Assembly: GCF_006345805.1 (NCBI RefSeq) | Contig: NW_021824913.1 | Location: forward strand, 1 to 17,194 | Length of the DNA: 17,194 bases | Source: Octopus sinensis | Lineage: Eukaryota | Direction: 5' to 3' | Shown: positions 1 through 9,329 of the stretch, piece by piece | Layout of the letters: each line of letters begins with the position of its first letter | Position numbering within the stretch: the first letter of the stretch is position 1 | Position numbers and translations under genes: made by a program | The notes under the pieces: generated by a model | What the model was told of the DNA's origin: nothing | Seen by the model: only the letters and a program-made list of their open reading frames with translations | Databases searched by the model: none

Positions 1-150
1 TTGTCATCATGTCCCGACTGCATTCTGCAAATTAGCTGTGACAAGTAGTATTTAGTAGGATGTGTTCAAAGTGGTGTTTCAGTTGCTTCCTTCCATAAAG
101 AATGAAAAAGTTGGCAGGTGAGCTTATTAGATGTATAGTAATTATATACT

Positions 151-654
151 GTAGAGGCGCAATGGCTCAGTGGTTAGAGCAGCGGACTCGTGGTCGTAGG
201 ATCGCGGTTTCGATTCCCAGACCGGGCATTGTGAGTATGTATTGAGTGAAAACACCTAAAGCTCCTCAAGGCTCCAGCAGAGGATGGTGGTGAACCCTGC
301 TGAACTTTTTCACCACAACTTTCTCTCACTCTTTCTTTCTGTTTCTCTTGTACCTGTATTTCAAAGGGCCAACCTTGTCACACTCTGTATCTCGCTGAAT
401 CTCCCCGAGAACTACGTTAAGGGTACACGTGTCTGTGGAGTGCTCAGCCACTTGTACGTTAATAAATGAGCTGCGACGTCACAGGTGCCAAGCTGTATCG
501 GCCCCTTTGCCTTTCCCTTGGATAACATCGGTGGCGTGAGAGGAGAGGCCGGTATGCGTGGGCGACTGCTGGTCTTCCATAAACAACCTTACCCAGACTT
601 GTGCCTCGGAGGGTAACTTTCCCATCGTCATTCATGAGCGAAGAGGGTCACAAC
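151..654 (+). mobile_element. tRNA-derived SINE: head X + middle module M (348-463) + tail A (464-654)
   Basis: A-box TGGCTCAGTGGTTAGAGC 163-180 and B-box GGTTTCGATTCCC 206-218. Head homologous to 1276-1434 and 12949-13129. 11-bp TSD AATTATATACT at 140-150 and 655-665. Confidence 0.9.
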
Positions 655-972
655 AATTATATACTAAAATTACAATAACCAAGGACAGTTATGACTGCGT
701 CTCCTAAAAAAAAAGTGTCAAACCGTCTGGAATGCACGTTGTATAAAACTGTATGCGTATTTACGATGTATGTATAAAGTACTATAATGTATTACATATA
801 CACATACTCAATTATCACTTGGTGTATCTGTATCTGATACAGCTGATAACAATGTTAACGAAGAAGATTGTACATCTAGTTTGCAGGTTCGATACCAAGC
901 TCTTCATGTCATACATATTTTGTTGTTGATCGTTTCGAGACGGATGGTTTGGGATATAGAAAACTAGTCCTT

Positions 973-1031
<59 letters not shown>
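973..1031. repeat. (TA)n microsatellite
   Basis: Near-perfect TA run with one interruption. Confidence 0.97.
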
Positions 1032-1035
<4 letters not shown>

Positions 1036-1273
1036 GAAAGGTTTAGCCAGAAAAACACGTGGAAAATATGCGCTTACTTAAACTTGGGGCTACAGATCAA
1101 AATAACCTCCATCCTACATCCACTTCGCAGCAGAATTATCAACTAAGAAATCTACTATAATGTAAGACTCTGTCTTTTTGGTCTTTATTCTCGTTACCAA
1201 TGTATCCTTATGTCTATCACTCTTCTTCCCTCCACATATGACTGTGCATTCTGATGATGTCTACCACTAAAAC

Positions 1274-1621
1274 GTGGAGGAGCAATGGCCCAGTGGTTAG
1301 CGGTCGTAGGATTGCGGTTTCGATTCCCAGACCGGGCGTTGTGAGTGTTTATTGAGCGAAAAACCCGCAGGGATGGTGGTGATCCTGCTGTACTCTTTCA
1401 CCACAACTTTTCTCACTCTTACTTCCTGTTTCTGTTGTACCTGTATTTCAAAGGGCCGGCCTTGTCACTCTCTGTGTCACGCTGAATATCCCCGAGAACT
1501 ACGTTAAGGGTACACGTGTCTGTGGAGTGCTCAGCCACTTGCACGTTAATTTCACGAGCAGGCTGTTCCGTTGCTCGGATCAACCGGAACCCTCGTCGTC
1601 GTAACCGACGGAGTGCTTCCA
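1274..1621 (+). mobile_element. tRNA-derived SINE: head X + module M (1435-1550) + tail B (1551-1621)
   Basis: A/B boxes present and homologous to 154-463. 11-bp TSD ACCACTAAAAC at 1263-1273 and 1622-1632. Confidence 0.92.
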
Positions 1622-1692
1622 ACCACTAAAACTGGTAAACAGAAACGATCGTAAATGTACTATTACTACCACTTTCCTTCATTAATGAATTA

Positions 1693-2112
1693 GGATCTTT
1701 TCAGTTTGAATGGCAGTTTTTAACATAATTTCTAGGTAACTAAAAAAATTTAAACTTCGTATACTGGTAGAATATGTTTATAAAACATCTTTTTCTCTTA
1801 GCTTTATTGAAAAAATTCTATAGTTTGTAAGATATTTGTTGTTGTTTTTCTTCAATTTCTGCAATTTCAACCAATCAAATACGTCTATTGAGGTAAAAAA
1901 AAAACATTCTGTGCCGTATGAATATGTCCCTCGTTTAAGAAACAGATTGGGTTTATTTACATTTGTGAAGAAAAAAAGATACCCTTCCCCCACCCCTAAC
2001 CCTAACCCTAAAAGAGATTGAAATGCAATAGACCGATACTAGGGTCATAATTATGGGTGACAATTTCATATGACACCGCTAGAAAAAACTGCCGTTCAAA
2101 CCGAAAAGATCC
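1693..2112 (+). mobile_element. MITE / non-autonomous DNA transposon, copy 1 (420 bp)
   Basis: ~28-bp TIRs GGATCTTTTC(A/G)GTTTGAA(T/C)GGCAGTTTT ... AAAACTGCCGTTCAAACCGAAAAGATCC. Highly similar to 3936-4355 and to the reverse complement of 7428-7832. (CCCTAA)3 at 1994-2011. Confidence 0.93.
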
Positions 2113-2209
2113 CCATCGTATCTAAATAGTGTTGTCAATATGTAAATTAATGGCTTACTAGCACAAACGACCAACCTCTTCCTGTTATTTTCCTTCATTT
2201 TCTTCTTGC

Positions 2210-2297
2210 ATATATATATATATATATATACAGTTGCCTCAAGTCAGATAATCTTAGTCGTATACACCCCCCCCCACACACACACACACGCACACAC
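2210..2297. repeat. (TA)n 2210-2230 and (CA)n 2275-2297 microsatellites
   Basis: Direct reading. Confidence 0.9.
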
Positions 2298-2486
2298 GAA
2301 GTCTTCCAAAGAGGAGAGGTGCATTCAGAATAGAAGTTAATCTTTTCTTCAGTAATCTCTCTAGATTCTTCTTAAACCCTAATCCATGTCTTCTGTGTGA
2401 GATATTTGAATACCCACCTTTCCTCTCTAATGAAACCTAATCCTCTTTTACCGAGTATAGTATTATCTTCAATGCATTGTAAATTC

Positions 2487-2490
<4 letters not shown>

Positions 2491-2525
<35 letters not shown>
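2491..2525. repeat. (TG)n microsatellite
   Basis: Direct reading. Confidence 0.97.
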
Positions 2526-2529
<4 letters not shown>

Positions 2530-2786
2530 AGTAATACAAAGTATATCTCTGTTATAGATGGTTTGTGCACGTGTAAACAATATTCTGTGTGTTATACTTC
2601 CTATGTGTAACATATCGTCAGTGTTATACTGTATATGCGCACGCGTGTGCTTGCGTGTGCATGTGTGTCTCTAATTACTCTATGTGTGTAATAGATACGT
2701 TTTTTCCTGTGTAATCAATACTCTCTCTGTATAATAAATACTTCCCGTATATAATCGTTGGTCTGTGTGTAATAGCTATTCTGTGT

Positions 2787-2935
2787 CTGTGTGGTAAGTA
2801 GCTTTATTACCAACCACATGGTTCCGGGTTCAGTCCCACAGCGTGGCACCTTGGGCAAGTGTCTTCTACTATAGCCTCGGGCCGACCAAAGCCTTGTGAG
2901 TGGATTTGGTAGACGGAAAATGAAAGAATCCCGTC
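2787..2935 (+). mobile_element. CORE-type tRNA SINE, 5' module only (head truncated)
   Basis: Matches 2953-3100. B-box-like GGTTCAGTCCC and CORE-like CACCTTGGGCAAGT. Confidence 0.88.
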
Positions 2936-2936
2936 A

Positions 2937-3363
2937 TAGGCGCAGGAGTGGCTGTGTGGTAAGTAGCTTGCTTACCAACCACATGGTTCCGGGTTCAGTC
3001 CCGCTGCGTGATATCTTGGGCAAGTGTCTTCTGCTATAGCCCCGGGCCGACCAATGCCTTGTGAGTGGATTTGGTAGACGGAAACTGAGAGAAGCCTGTC
3101 GTATATATGTATATATATATATATGTATGTATCTATGTATGTGTGTGTATATGTTTGTGTGTCTGTGTTTGTCCCCCTAGCATTGCTTGACAACCGATGC
3201 TAGTGTGTTTACGTCCCAGTCACTTAGCGGTTCGGCAAGAGAGACCGATAGAATAAGTACAAGGCTTACAAAGAATAAGTCTTGGGGGTCGATTTGCTCG
3301 ACTAAAGGCAGTGCTCCAGCATGGCCGCACTCAAATGACTGAAGCAAATAAAAGAATAAAAGA
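2937..3363 (+). mobile_element. CORE-type tRNA SINE, full length, with an internal (TA/TG)n linker
   Basis: Head AGGCGCAGGAGTGGCTGTGTGGTAAG, CCTTGGGCAAGT-like core and A-rich tail. Collinear with 14525-14915. Confidence 0.92.
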
Positions 3364-3595
3364 AAGCTGTCTGTATATAATGTGTACAGCGTACTGTCCT
3401 TGTATAAATAGACTGTGTGAGTCAGAGATACGGTGTGAGTACTATATACTCTCTCAGCAAAATGAATACCCTCTCAGTGAAATAGATACTCTGTTAATAA
3501 TATATACCTATTCTGTGAAGTAACACCCCTCTATATGGAATAAATATCCCCTGTGTGTAATAGATAATAAATGCTCTCCGTTAATTGCATTTTAT

Positions 3596-3850
3596 CGACC
3601 AGACTATCGGATGTTGCTACACACCGCTGGTCACAATGTGCTTTCTCGCATTGTTGTATCTTTCGAATAATGCCACCTCACTGGTTAGGTGTGCAGGGCA
3701 ACATTCTCCAGTCCCCGGCGGGGTTATCTATTTACAGTTGAATGGACTGGAGTGGCATGAAAGTGTTTCGCTCAAGAATACAATGCGCTACCCGTCCAGG
3801 AATCGAAACCACAATCTGGCGATCGTAAATGTAAAATCTCAAGCACTGCC
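3596..3850 (-). mobile_element. Old tRNA SINE: head Y-like + tail C
   Basis: Reverse strand has B-box GGTTTCGATTCC, then TTCTTGAGCGAAACACTTT..CTCCAGTCCA as in 16339-16479. 3596-3699 aligns to tail 13130-13230. Confidence 0.75.
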
Positions 3851-3935
3851 TTGACCCATGTAGTTTAACAGATAGAAATAAATAGGGGTCACCGAAAGGA
3901 ATCCAGGAAAAAACGTTACATGTAATGCCATCATA

Positions 3936-4355
3936 GGATCTTTTCGGTTTGAACGGCAGTTTTTAACATAATTTCTAGGTAACTAAACACTTTTAAACTT
4001 CGTATACTGGTAAAATGTGTTTATAATACATATTTTTCTCTTGGCTTTATTGAGAAAATTCTATAGTTTGTAGATATTTGTTGTTTTTTCTTCAATTTCT
4101 GCAATTTCAACCAATCAAATACGTCTATTGAGGTAAAAAAACATTCTGTGCCGTATGAATATGTCCCTCGTTTAAGAAACAGATTGGGTTTATTTACATT
4201 TGTGAAGAAAAAAAGATACCCTTCCCCCCACCCCTAACCCTTACCCTAACCCTAAAAGAGATTGAAATGCAATAGATCGATACTAGGGTCATAATTATGG
4301 GTGACAATTTCATATGACACCGCTAGAAAAAACTGCCGTTCAACCGAAAAGGTCC
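3936..4355 (+). mobile_element. MITE copy 2 (420 bp)
   Basis: Same TIRs and body as 1693-2112. CCCTAA-type hexamers x4 at 4232-4255. Confidence 0.93.
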
Positions 4356-4468
4356 ATTTTCTGTTTTATTACTTTAATTGTTTATGGTACTTAAATAAAT
4401 TGTGATTGACTTTAACATTTTTGCTTGATTACCTGACTTTCCTAGACAAAATTGTAAGGTTTTTTTTC

Positions 4469-4539
4469 TGTGGCTTTATTATCGGCCATCATAAATTGTG
4501 GTTTTTTTCCTGTGACTTTTTTCCTGCGACTTTATTACC
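4469..4539. repeat. Degenerate 14-15 bp repeats TG(T/C)G(A/G)CTTT(T/A)TT(A)CC
   Basis: Units at 4469, 4497, 4511 and 4525. Confidence 0.6.
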
Positions 4540-4829
4540 GCCCACGCGACGAAACATGGATAGATTTGACATAAATTCCAATGTTACTGTTTATGTAATT
4601 TGATTAAAACTGGGTCACGTTGAGATAAGGAGGTTTTATTAAGTGGCGGGGGGGGGGATGTAACAGTGACGTGTGTTGATGTGGTACTGAACTAACTGTG
4701 TGCAAGCTGTGCGTTCGACTCAGCTGCTGAAAGTGTGCAATAGTATTTCTAAGAACACTTATAACGATTTATTTATCTACCAAGTGTGTGTATGTGGTGG
4801 GGAGTGTGTGTGATGAGGAGGAAGGCAAT

Positions 4830-5105
4830 AGATGCAACTGGTAGACTGATATCTTGACCAGGAAAAACTATTTGGTGCACCACCCTGAACTGGAACTGGA
4901 AGCATCCAAATTGGTCTTGTGGAAAGCACTTTATGCGGATGTAAGAAGACGAAAACGCCGTCACGCATCAATAACTTGATTGCAGACACAGGCCTAGAAT
5001 GTATCCAGGACCTCGAGGTAGTGATGTTGGACAGATAAGTGTGGCGATTGGACTTCGTTGCTGCGGCCCGGGTTGGAACCCGGCCACAATAAGTAAATAA
5101 ATAAT
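4830..5105 (+). mobile_element. 3' end of a decayed RTE-clade LINE (ORF C-terminus + short tail)
   Basis: HHPELELEASKLVLW at 4878-4922. After a frameshift, INNLIADTGLECIQDLEVVMLDR*VW at 4967-5044 resembles the RTE C-terminal HPE..LW..GRP..DTG..M.DR..W pattern. The stop at 5090-5092 runs into a TAAG/TAAA tail. Confidence 0.75.
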
Positions 5106-5114
5106 ATAATTATG

Positions 5115-5255
5115 AAGAAGCTTACTTCCCAACTCCTTGGTTCCGGGCTCAGTCCCACTTCGTGATACCTTGAGCAAGTGTTTTCTACTTTAACCTCGGG
5201 TCAACGAAACCCTTGTAGGTGGATTTGGTAGACGGAAACTGAAAGAAACCCATCG
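5115..5255 (+). mobile_element. Diverged 5' module of the CORE-type SINE
   Basis: GGTTCCGGGCTCAGTCCCAC..ACCTTGAGCAAGT..GGATTTGGTAGACGGAAACTGAAAG aligns with 2960-3100. Confidence 0.85.
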
Positions 5256-5261
5256 TGTGTG

Positions 5262-5309
5262 TATATATATATATATATATGTCTATAAAATATAATTATA
5301 TATATATTC

Positions 5310-5348
<39 letters not shown>

Positions 5349-5504
5349 TATTATATATATATATATATAATAAAATATATATAATATTATTATATATATA
5401 TATATTAATATATATATATATATATAAAATATAAAATATATATATATATATATATAATATATATATATATAATATATATATATATATTATATATATATAT
5501 AATA

Positions 5505-5548
<44 letters not shown>

Positions 5549-5596
5549 ATATAATATATATATATAATATAATATAATATAATATATATATATATA
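5262..5596. repeat. ~335-bp interrupted (AT)n array
   Basis: Almost only A/T, with TA units broken by AA/TT slips. Confidence 0.97.
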
Positions 5597-6105
5597 CGTA
5601 GTGAATCTTGTAAACATGAAGTGGATTAATCCTAGATAGCCAAGTTTTTTCACGGTGTGAAACAATGTTTTTTTCTGTGACAGCAGTTTACATTTGACAG
5701 ACTCCTTAACTAAGCCGAAATAATGTCTTCACCACTTGACCCTTCCAACCTCTTCTATTTCACCAAAAGCTAGAAATAAGATATCACAGTACCACCAACG
5801 AAATCCATTGTTCTCAACGATATATATCTATTCTTCTGGATAGTTATAAAAACAAGAACACCCAAGCAAAACTTAGTCAGTTGATAACGCGTGAGTTGAG
5901 AGAGAGCTAACATCAGTTAGTGAATCGACCACTAGAATCATGGCCACAAGCAGGCAGCCAAACGGCCCGAGGGAAAAAGAAAGAAGTTTACAATCAGAGA
6001 CTATACGAAACAACGTCCCATACTCCCTCACTTTCACTAGCTCACTTACTTTTTCTTACAACATCACTCTATCTCTATTTGTGGATTACTATGAAAGCGT
6101 GTACA

Positions 6106-6108
<3 letters not shown>

Positions 6109-6167
<59 letters not shown>
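6109..6167. repeat. (CA)n(TA)n compound microsatellite
   Basis: Direct reading. The TA run continues at 6600-6616, beyond the Helitron. Confidence 0.95.
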
Positions 6168-6168
<1 letters not shown>

Positions 6169-6599
6169 CTATATCTAGATATAAACGGCAGTTTGTCTGT
6201 CTGTGTGTCTGTGTGGCTGTCAGGTTGTACCCTCACCTTGACCACGGCTTTCAACCGATTCTGATGAAACTTGACACACACATAGTCCAATGTCATAATT
6301 CAAAATTAACGCAGCGAAAATTTTGAAAAGTTCCCCCAGTTCTGAAAAAAATCGATAAAATTTCGACATGGGGTCGAGAATCTAAGCTTTTCATATGCAA
6401 CACATTTTCTGTTGTAGTTTTCGCAACTTGCAATCGGGAGAACAGCTAGGAACATCGTATACATAGAAGTTTCGAGTGAAGAGAGACATTGCAACCTACA
6501 CATGCGCCTTCGTTCCCTAGAGGGAAGAACTAGATTGGGATTAGTCGTTGCCTACTAGGGGCTCTTACATACCCGGTCAACGCGGGGCTATGCTGCTAG
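6168..6599 (+). mobile_element. Non-autonomous Helitron (~432 bp)
   Basis: 5' A|TC TATATCTAGATATAAA (start 6168, possibly 6174), then a GTTTGTCTGTCTG repeat. 3' GC hairpin CCCG-GTCAACG-CGGG at 6572-6586, then CTAG at 6596-6599 followed by T. Inserted between A and T with no TSD. Confidence 0.85.
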
Positions 6600-6885
6600 T
6601 ATATATATATATATATGTGTGTCAAACCACATGATGAAGTTACACAAACTCTACACCTCTCTCTTCGCATGTTTTACGATTTTATCACCTGCCCGTCGAG
6701 GCAAGGTATTGTATAATGTAACGGTAAAATAAGTATTTTCTCCACAACTTCAATCACTGTTCTTTCATCTTTACATAATGGCAATCAACGAAGAACCAAT
6801 CCTTACAAACTGATTACGACTCCGATATTTCATATTATCGTTACAATTTAATTTCTGCCGTTACACATTTCAAGGCATCGCTTAT

Positions 6886-6921
<36 letters not shown>

Positions 6922-7055
6922 TTATATGGATATATATAATATATATATATAATAATATATATATCTATATATATATATATATATGTATAATACATACATA
7001 TATATGTGTAGTAGTGGTGGTGGTGGTGATAGCAGGCAGCAGTGGTAGTGGTGGT
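6886..7055. repeat. Compound (CA)n/(TA)n/(TGG,TAG)n low-complexity tract
   Basis: Direct reading. Confidence 0.9.
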
Positions 7056-7169
7056 GATGGAAGAGGCATGTAATGTATAAATAGACACCTGGCTTATAAA
7101 CCTTGGCATATTTGGGAAGACACTCTTTTTAACGTTTTTTAATCTTTTTGTAAAGGATAATACTAAATG

Positions 7170-7176
<7 letters not shown>

Positions 7177-7214
<38 letters not shown>

Positions 7215-7240
7215 CACATGAGAGGGAGGGAGAGAGAGAG
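7177..7240. repeat. (GA)n microsatellite
   Basis: Direct reading. Confidence 0.93.
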
Positions 7241-7405
7241 TTGCACAGGCTCAGATAAAAGAGAAAAGACTTATAAATATGTATAAATGTATCTCAAGGT
7301 CAGTTGTTGACAGCTTGGGAAGTGAAGTAAAGTTCTATAATGGAACGTATATATATAAGTGTGTAATATGTACTATAAAGGATGGATTCAGGTACTGTAA
7401 TGAAT

Positions 7406-7870
7406 AGGTGTGGCCCGGTGGTTACGGGGATCTTTTCGGTTTGAACGGCAGTTTTTCTAGCGGTGTCATATGAAATTGTCACCCGTAATTATGACCCTAG
7501 TATCGATCTATTGCATTTCAATCTCTTTTAGGGTTAGGAGGAAGGGTATCTTTTTTTCTTCAGAAATGTAAATAAACCCAATCTGTTTCTTAAACGAGGG
7601 ACATATTCATACGGCACAGAATGTTTTTTACTTCAACAGACGTCATTGATTGGTAGAAATTGCAGAAATTGAAGAAAAACAACAACAAATATCTTACAAA
7701 TTATAGAATTTTCTCAATAAAGCCAAGAGAAAAAGATGTTTTATAAACACATTCTACCAGTATACGAAGTTTAAAATTTTTTAGTTACCTAGAAATTATG
7801 TTAAAAAACTGCCGTTCAAACCGAAAAGATGCGGTTACGGTGTTCGGCTCATGAACATAAGGTCGTAGAT
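7406..7870 (+). mobile_element. Remnant of SINE head Y, split by MITE copy 3
   Basis: Removing 7428-7840 gives AGGTGTGGCCCGGTGGTTACGG-TGTTCGGCTCATGAACATAAGGTCGT. This matches the head Y sequence GCGTGGCTTAGTGGTTAGGGCATTCGGCTCATGATCGTAAGGTTGT. Confidence 0.7.
7428..7832 (-). mobile_element. MITE copy 3 (405 bp, inverted)
   Basis: Same TIRs. Exact 8-bp TSD GGTTACGG at 7420-7427 and 7833-7840. Confidence 0.93.
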
Positions 7871-8242
7871 CGTGGGTTAGAGACACGTTTTCTGCTTTAG
7901 CAGTCATTTTATTTCAAGATGCCTCGATCTACTTAGCTGTCAATGAATACTGTGTGTTGCAAAGCTCCCTCTTTCATGCTGTTATATCCTGCATGTATGG
8001 CTGGGTCAAGGGTGGACTGGCCGGGTGTGGGGTGTTGTCTATGTCAGTCTTTGCCTACATAGGAATCAATTATCTAAAAGCATGGGATGTGTTACGAAGT
8101 CATATTCACTCGCGAGTGACGGCTGGCTTACTTTTTTAGGTATTGTAACGGTGCAGGGAACGACTATACGAGATGTCAAGTGAGTGTAGTGATGTACTAT
8201 TTGAGTACATACATTAGGTATGCGAGTTTGCAGGTATGCAGG

Positions 8243-8477
8243 AAAAAGGTGTCGAGCTGGCAGAAACGTTAGCACGCCGGGTGAAATGCGTAGCCGTATT
8301 TCGTCTGCCGTTACGTTCTGAGTTCAAATTCCGCCGAGGTCGACTTTGCCTTTCATCCATTCGGGGTCGATTAAATAAGTACCAGTTACGTACTGGGGTC
8401 GATATAATCGACTTAATCCGTTTGTCTGTCCTTGTTTGTCCTCTCTGTGTTTAGCCCCTTGTGGATAGTAAAGAAAT
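8243..8477 (+). mobile_element. tRNA SINE with Nin/Deu-like central domain, tail type 1
   Basis: A-box TGGCAGAAACGTTAGC, B-box GAGTTCAAATTCC and domain GCCTTTCATCC.TTCGGGGTCGAT..ATAAGTACCAG. 11-bp TSD AGGTATGCAGG at 8232-8242 and 8478-8488. Confidence 0.9.
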
Positions 8478-8835
8478 AGGTATGCAGGTAAGCGGATGTT
8501 TTGAAAATGCTCCACAGAGTGACGGCCGTGCCCTGCATAGTTACAGGTTGCCCTTTGGCAAGGCATAGCACCCGTTTAGCCACCCTGCTAGAGAAACGGT
8601 GAAATCATGGGATTGCAGCATGGCAGATAGTGAGGAGATAAGGGAAGAGTTCAACTAAGTGCTTCTTGCATTGATCCTGAGCCGAGGAATCCTTGAAGAT
8701 AAACCGTCAGGATCACCAAGTTCCAGCAAGAGAGTAACAGCAACGCAGCCATAGGGGTGATGACGATGGTTGTGCAATCAGCTAATGAATGATTCCCCGA
8801 GAATCTGCGTAAGAAGAATGACCGAAGAATATATA

Positions 8836-8837
<2 letters not shown>

Positions 8838-8879
<42 letters not shown>
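8838..8879. repeat. (TG)n microsatellite
   Basis: Direct reading. Confidence 0.97.
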
Positions 8880-8880
<1 letters not shown>

Positions 8881-8894
8881 TGCGCGTGTGTATG

Positions 8895-9116
8895 GAATCG
8901 TTAGCACGCCGGGCGAGATACTTTGCGGTATTTCGTCTGCTGTTACGTTCTGAGTTCAAATTTCGCCGCCGAGGTCGACTTTGCCTTTCATCCTTTCGGG
9001 GTCGATAAATTAAGTACTAGTTACGCACTGGGTCGATGTAATTGACTTAATCCGTTTGTCTGTCCTTGTTTGTCCTCTCTGTGTTTAGCCCCTTGTGGGT
9101 AGTAAAGAAATAGGTA
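8895..9116 (+). mobile_element. Nin/Deu-like SINE, 5'-clipped, tail type 1
   Basis: Collinear and highly similar to 8263-8482. Confidence 0.9.
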
Positions 9117-9206
9117 CTATTAGAGTACTACATAAAGTCAAATGCTTTTTAGTTTGCTGCTTGTGTACTACGTGATCAAATGTGATTACCCCATCCCGAC
9201 CCAATA

Positions 9207-9329
9207 TTTATTACCTCCGCCTTAGCGAAAGTGGAGGTATTGTTTTCAGTCGTGTTTGTTCGTTTGTTTGTCCGTGGACAAGATATCTCAAGAACCACTG
9301 GATGGATTTGGATGAAACTTTCAGAGATT
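9207..9329 (+). mobile_element. 5' fragment of a Helentron/HINE (DINE-1-like) element
   Basis: TTATTACCTCCGCC start with inverted repeat ACCTCCGC (9213-9220) / GTGGAGGT (9231-9238), then a GTTTGTTCGTTTGTTTGTCC microsatellite and GGATTTGGATGAAACTT. Confidence 0.55.

Larger units (their letters stand above)
2526..3585. repeat. Decayed ~20-bp minisatellite (about TACTCTCTGTGTGTAATAGA) at 2526-2786 and 3364-3585, split by SINEs
   Basis: Units such as TACTCTATGTGTGTAATAGA (2677), TACTCTCTCTGTATAATAAA (2719), TACCCTCTCAGTGAAATAGA and TATCCCCTGTGTGTAATAGA lie on both sides of the SINE pair. Confidence 0.65.

Noticed and set aside
154-225. tRNA genes at the A/B box regions (also 1276, 8248, 12949 and 16400-16479)
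   Set aside because: No acceptor stem or proper cloverleaf. Each continues into a repeated SINE body, most with TSDs.
1994-2011. True telomere or healed chromosome break
   Set aside because: The hexamers are an internal part of a repeated MITE.
6184-6194. AACGGCAGTTT shared by the Helitron 5' region and the MITE TIR
   Set aside because: Only 11 bp with no flanking similarity, so probably chance.
5920-7217. ORFs rich in HT, YI and VC repeats (also 11890-12232 and 14036-14401)
   Set aside because: They are translations of microsatellites.
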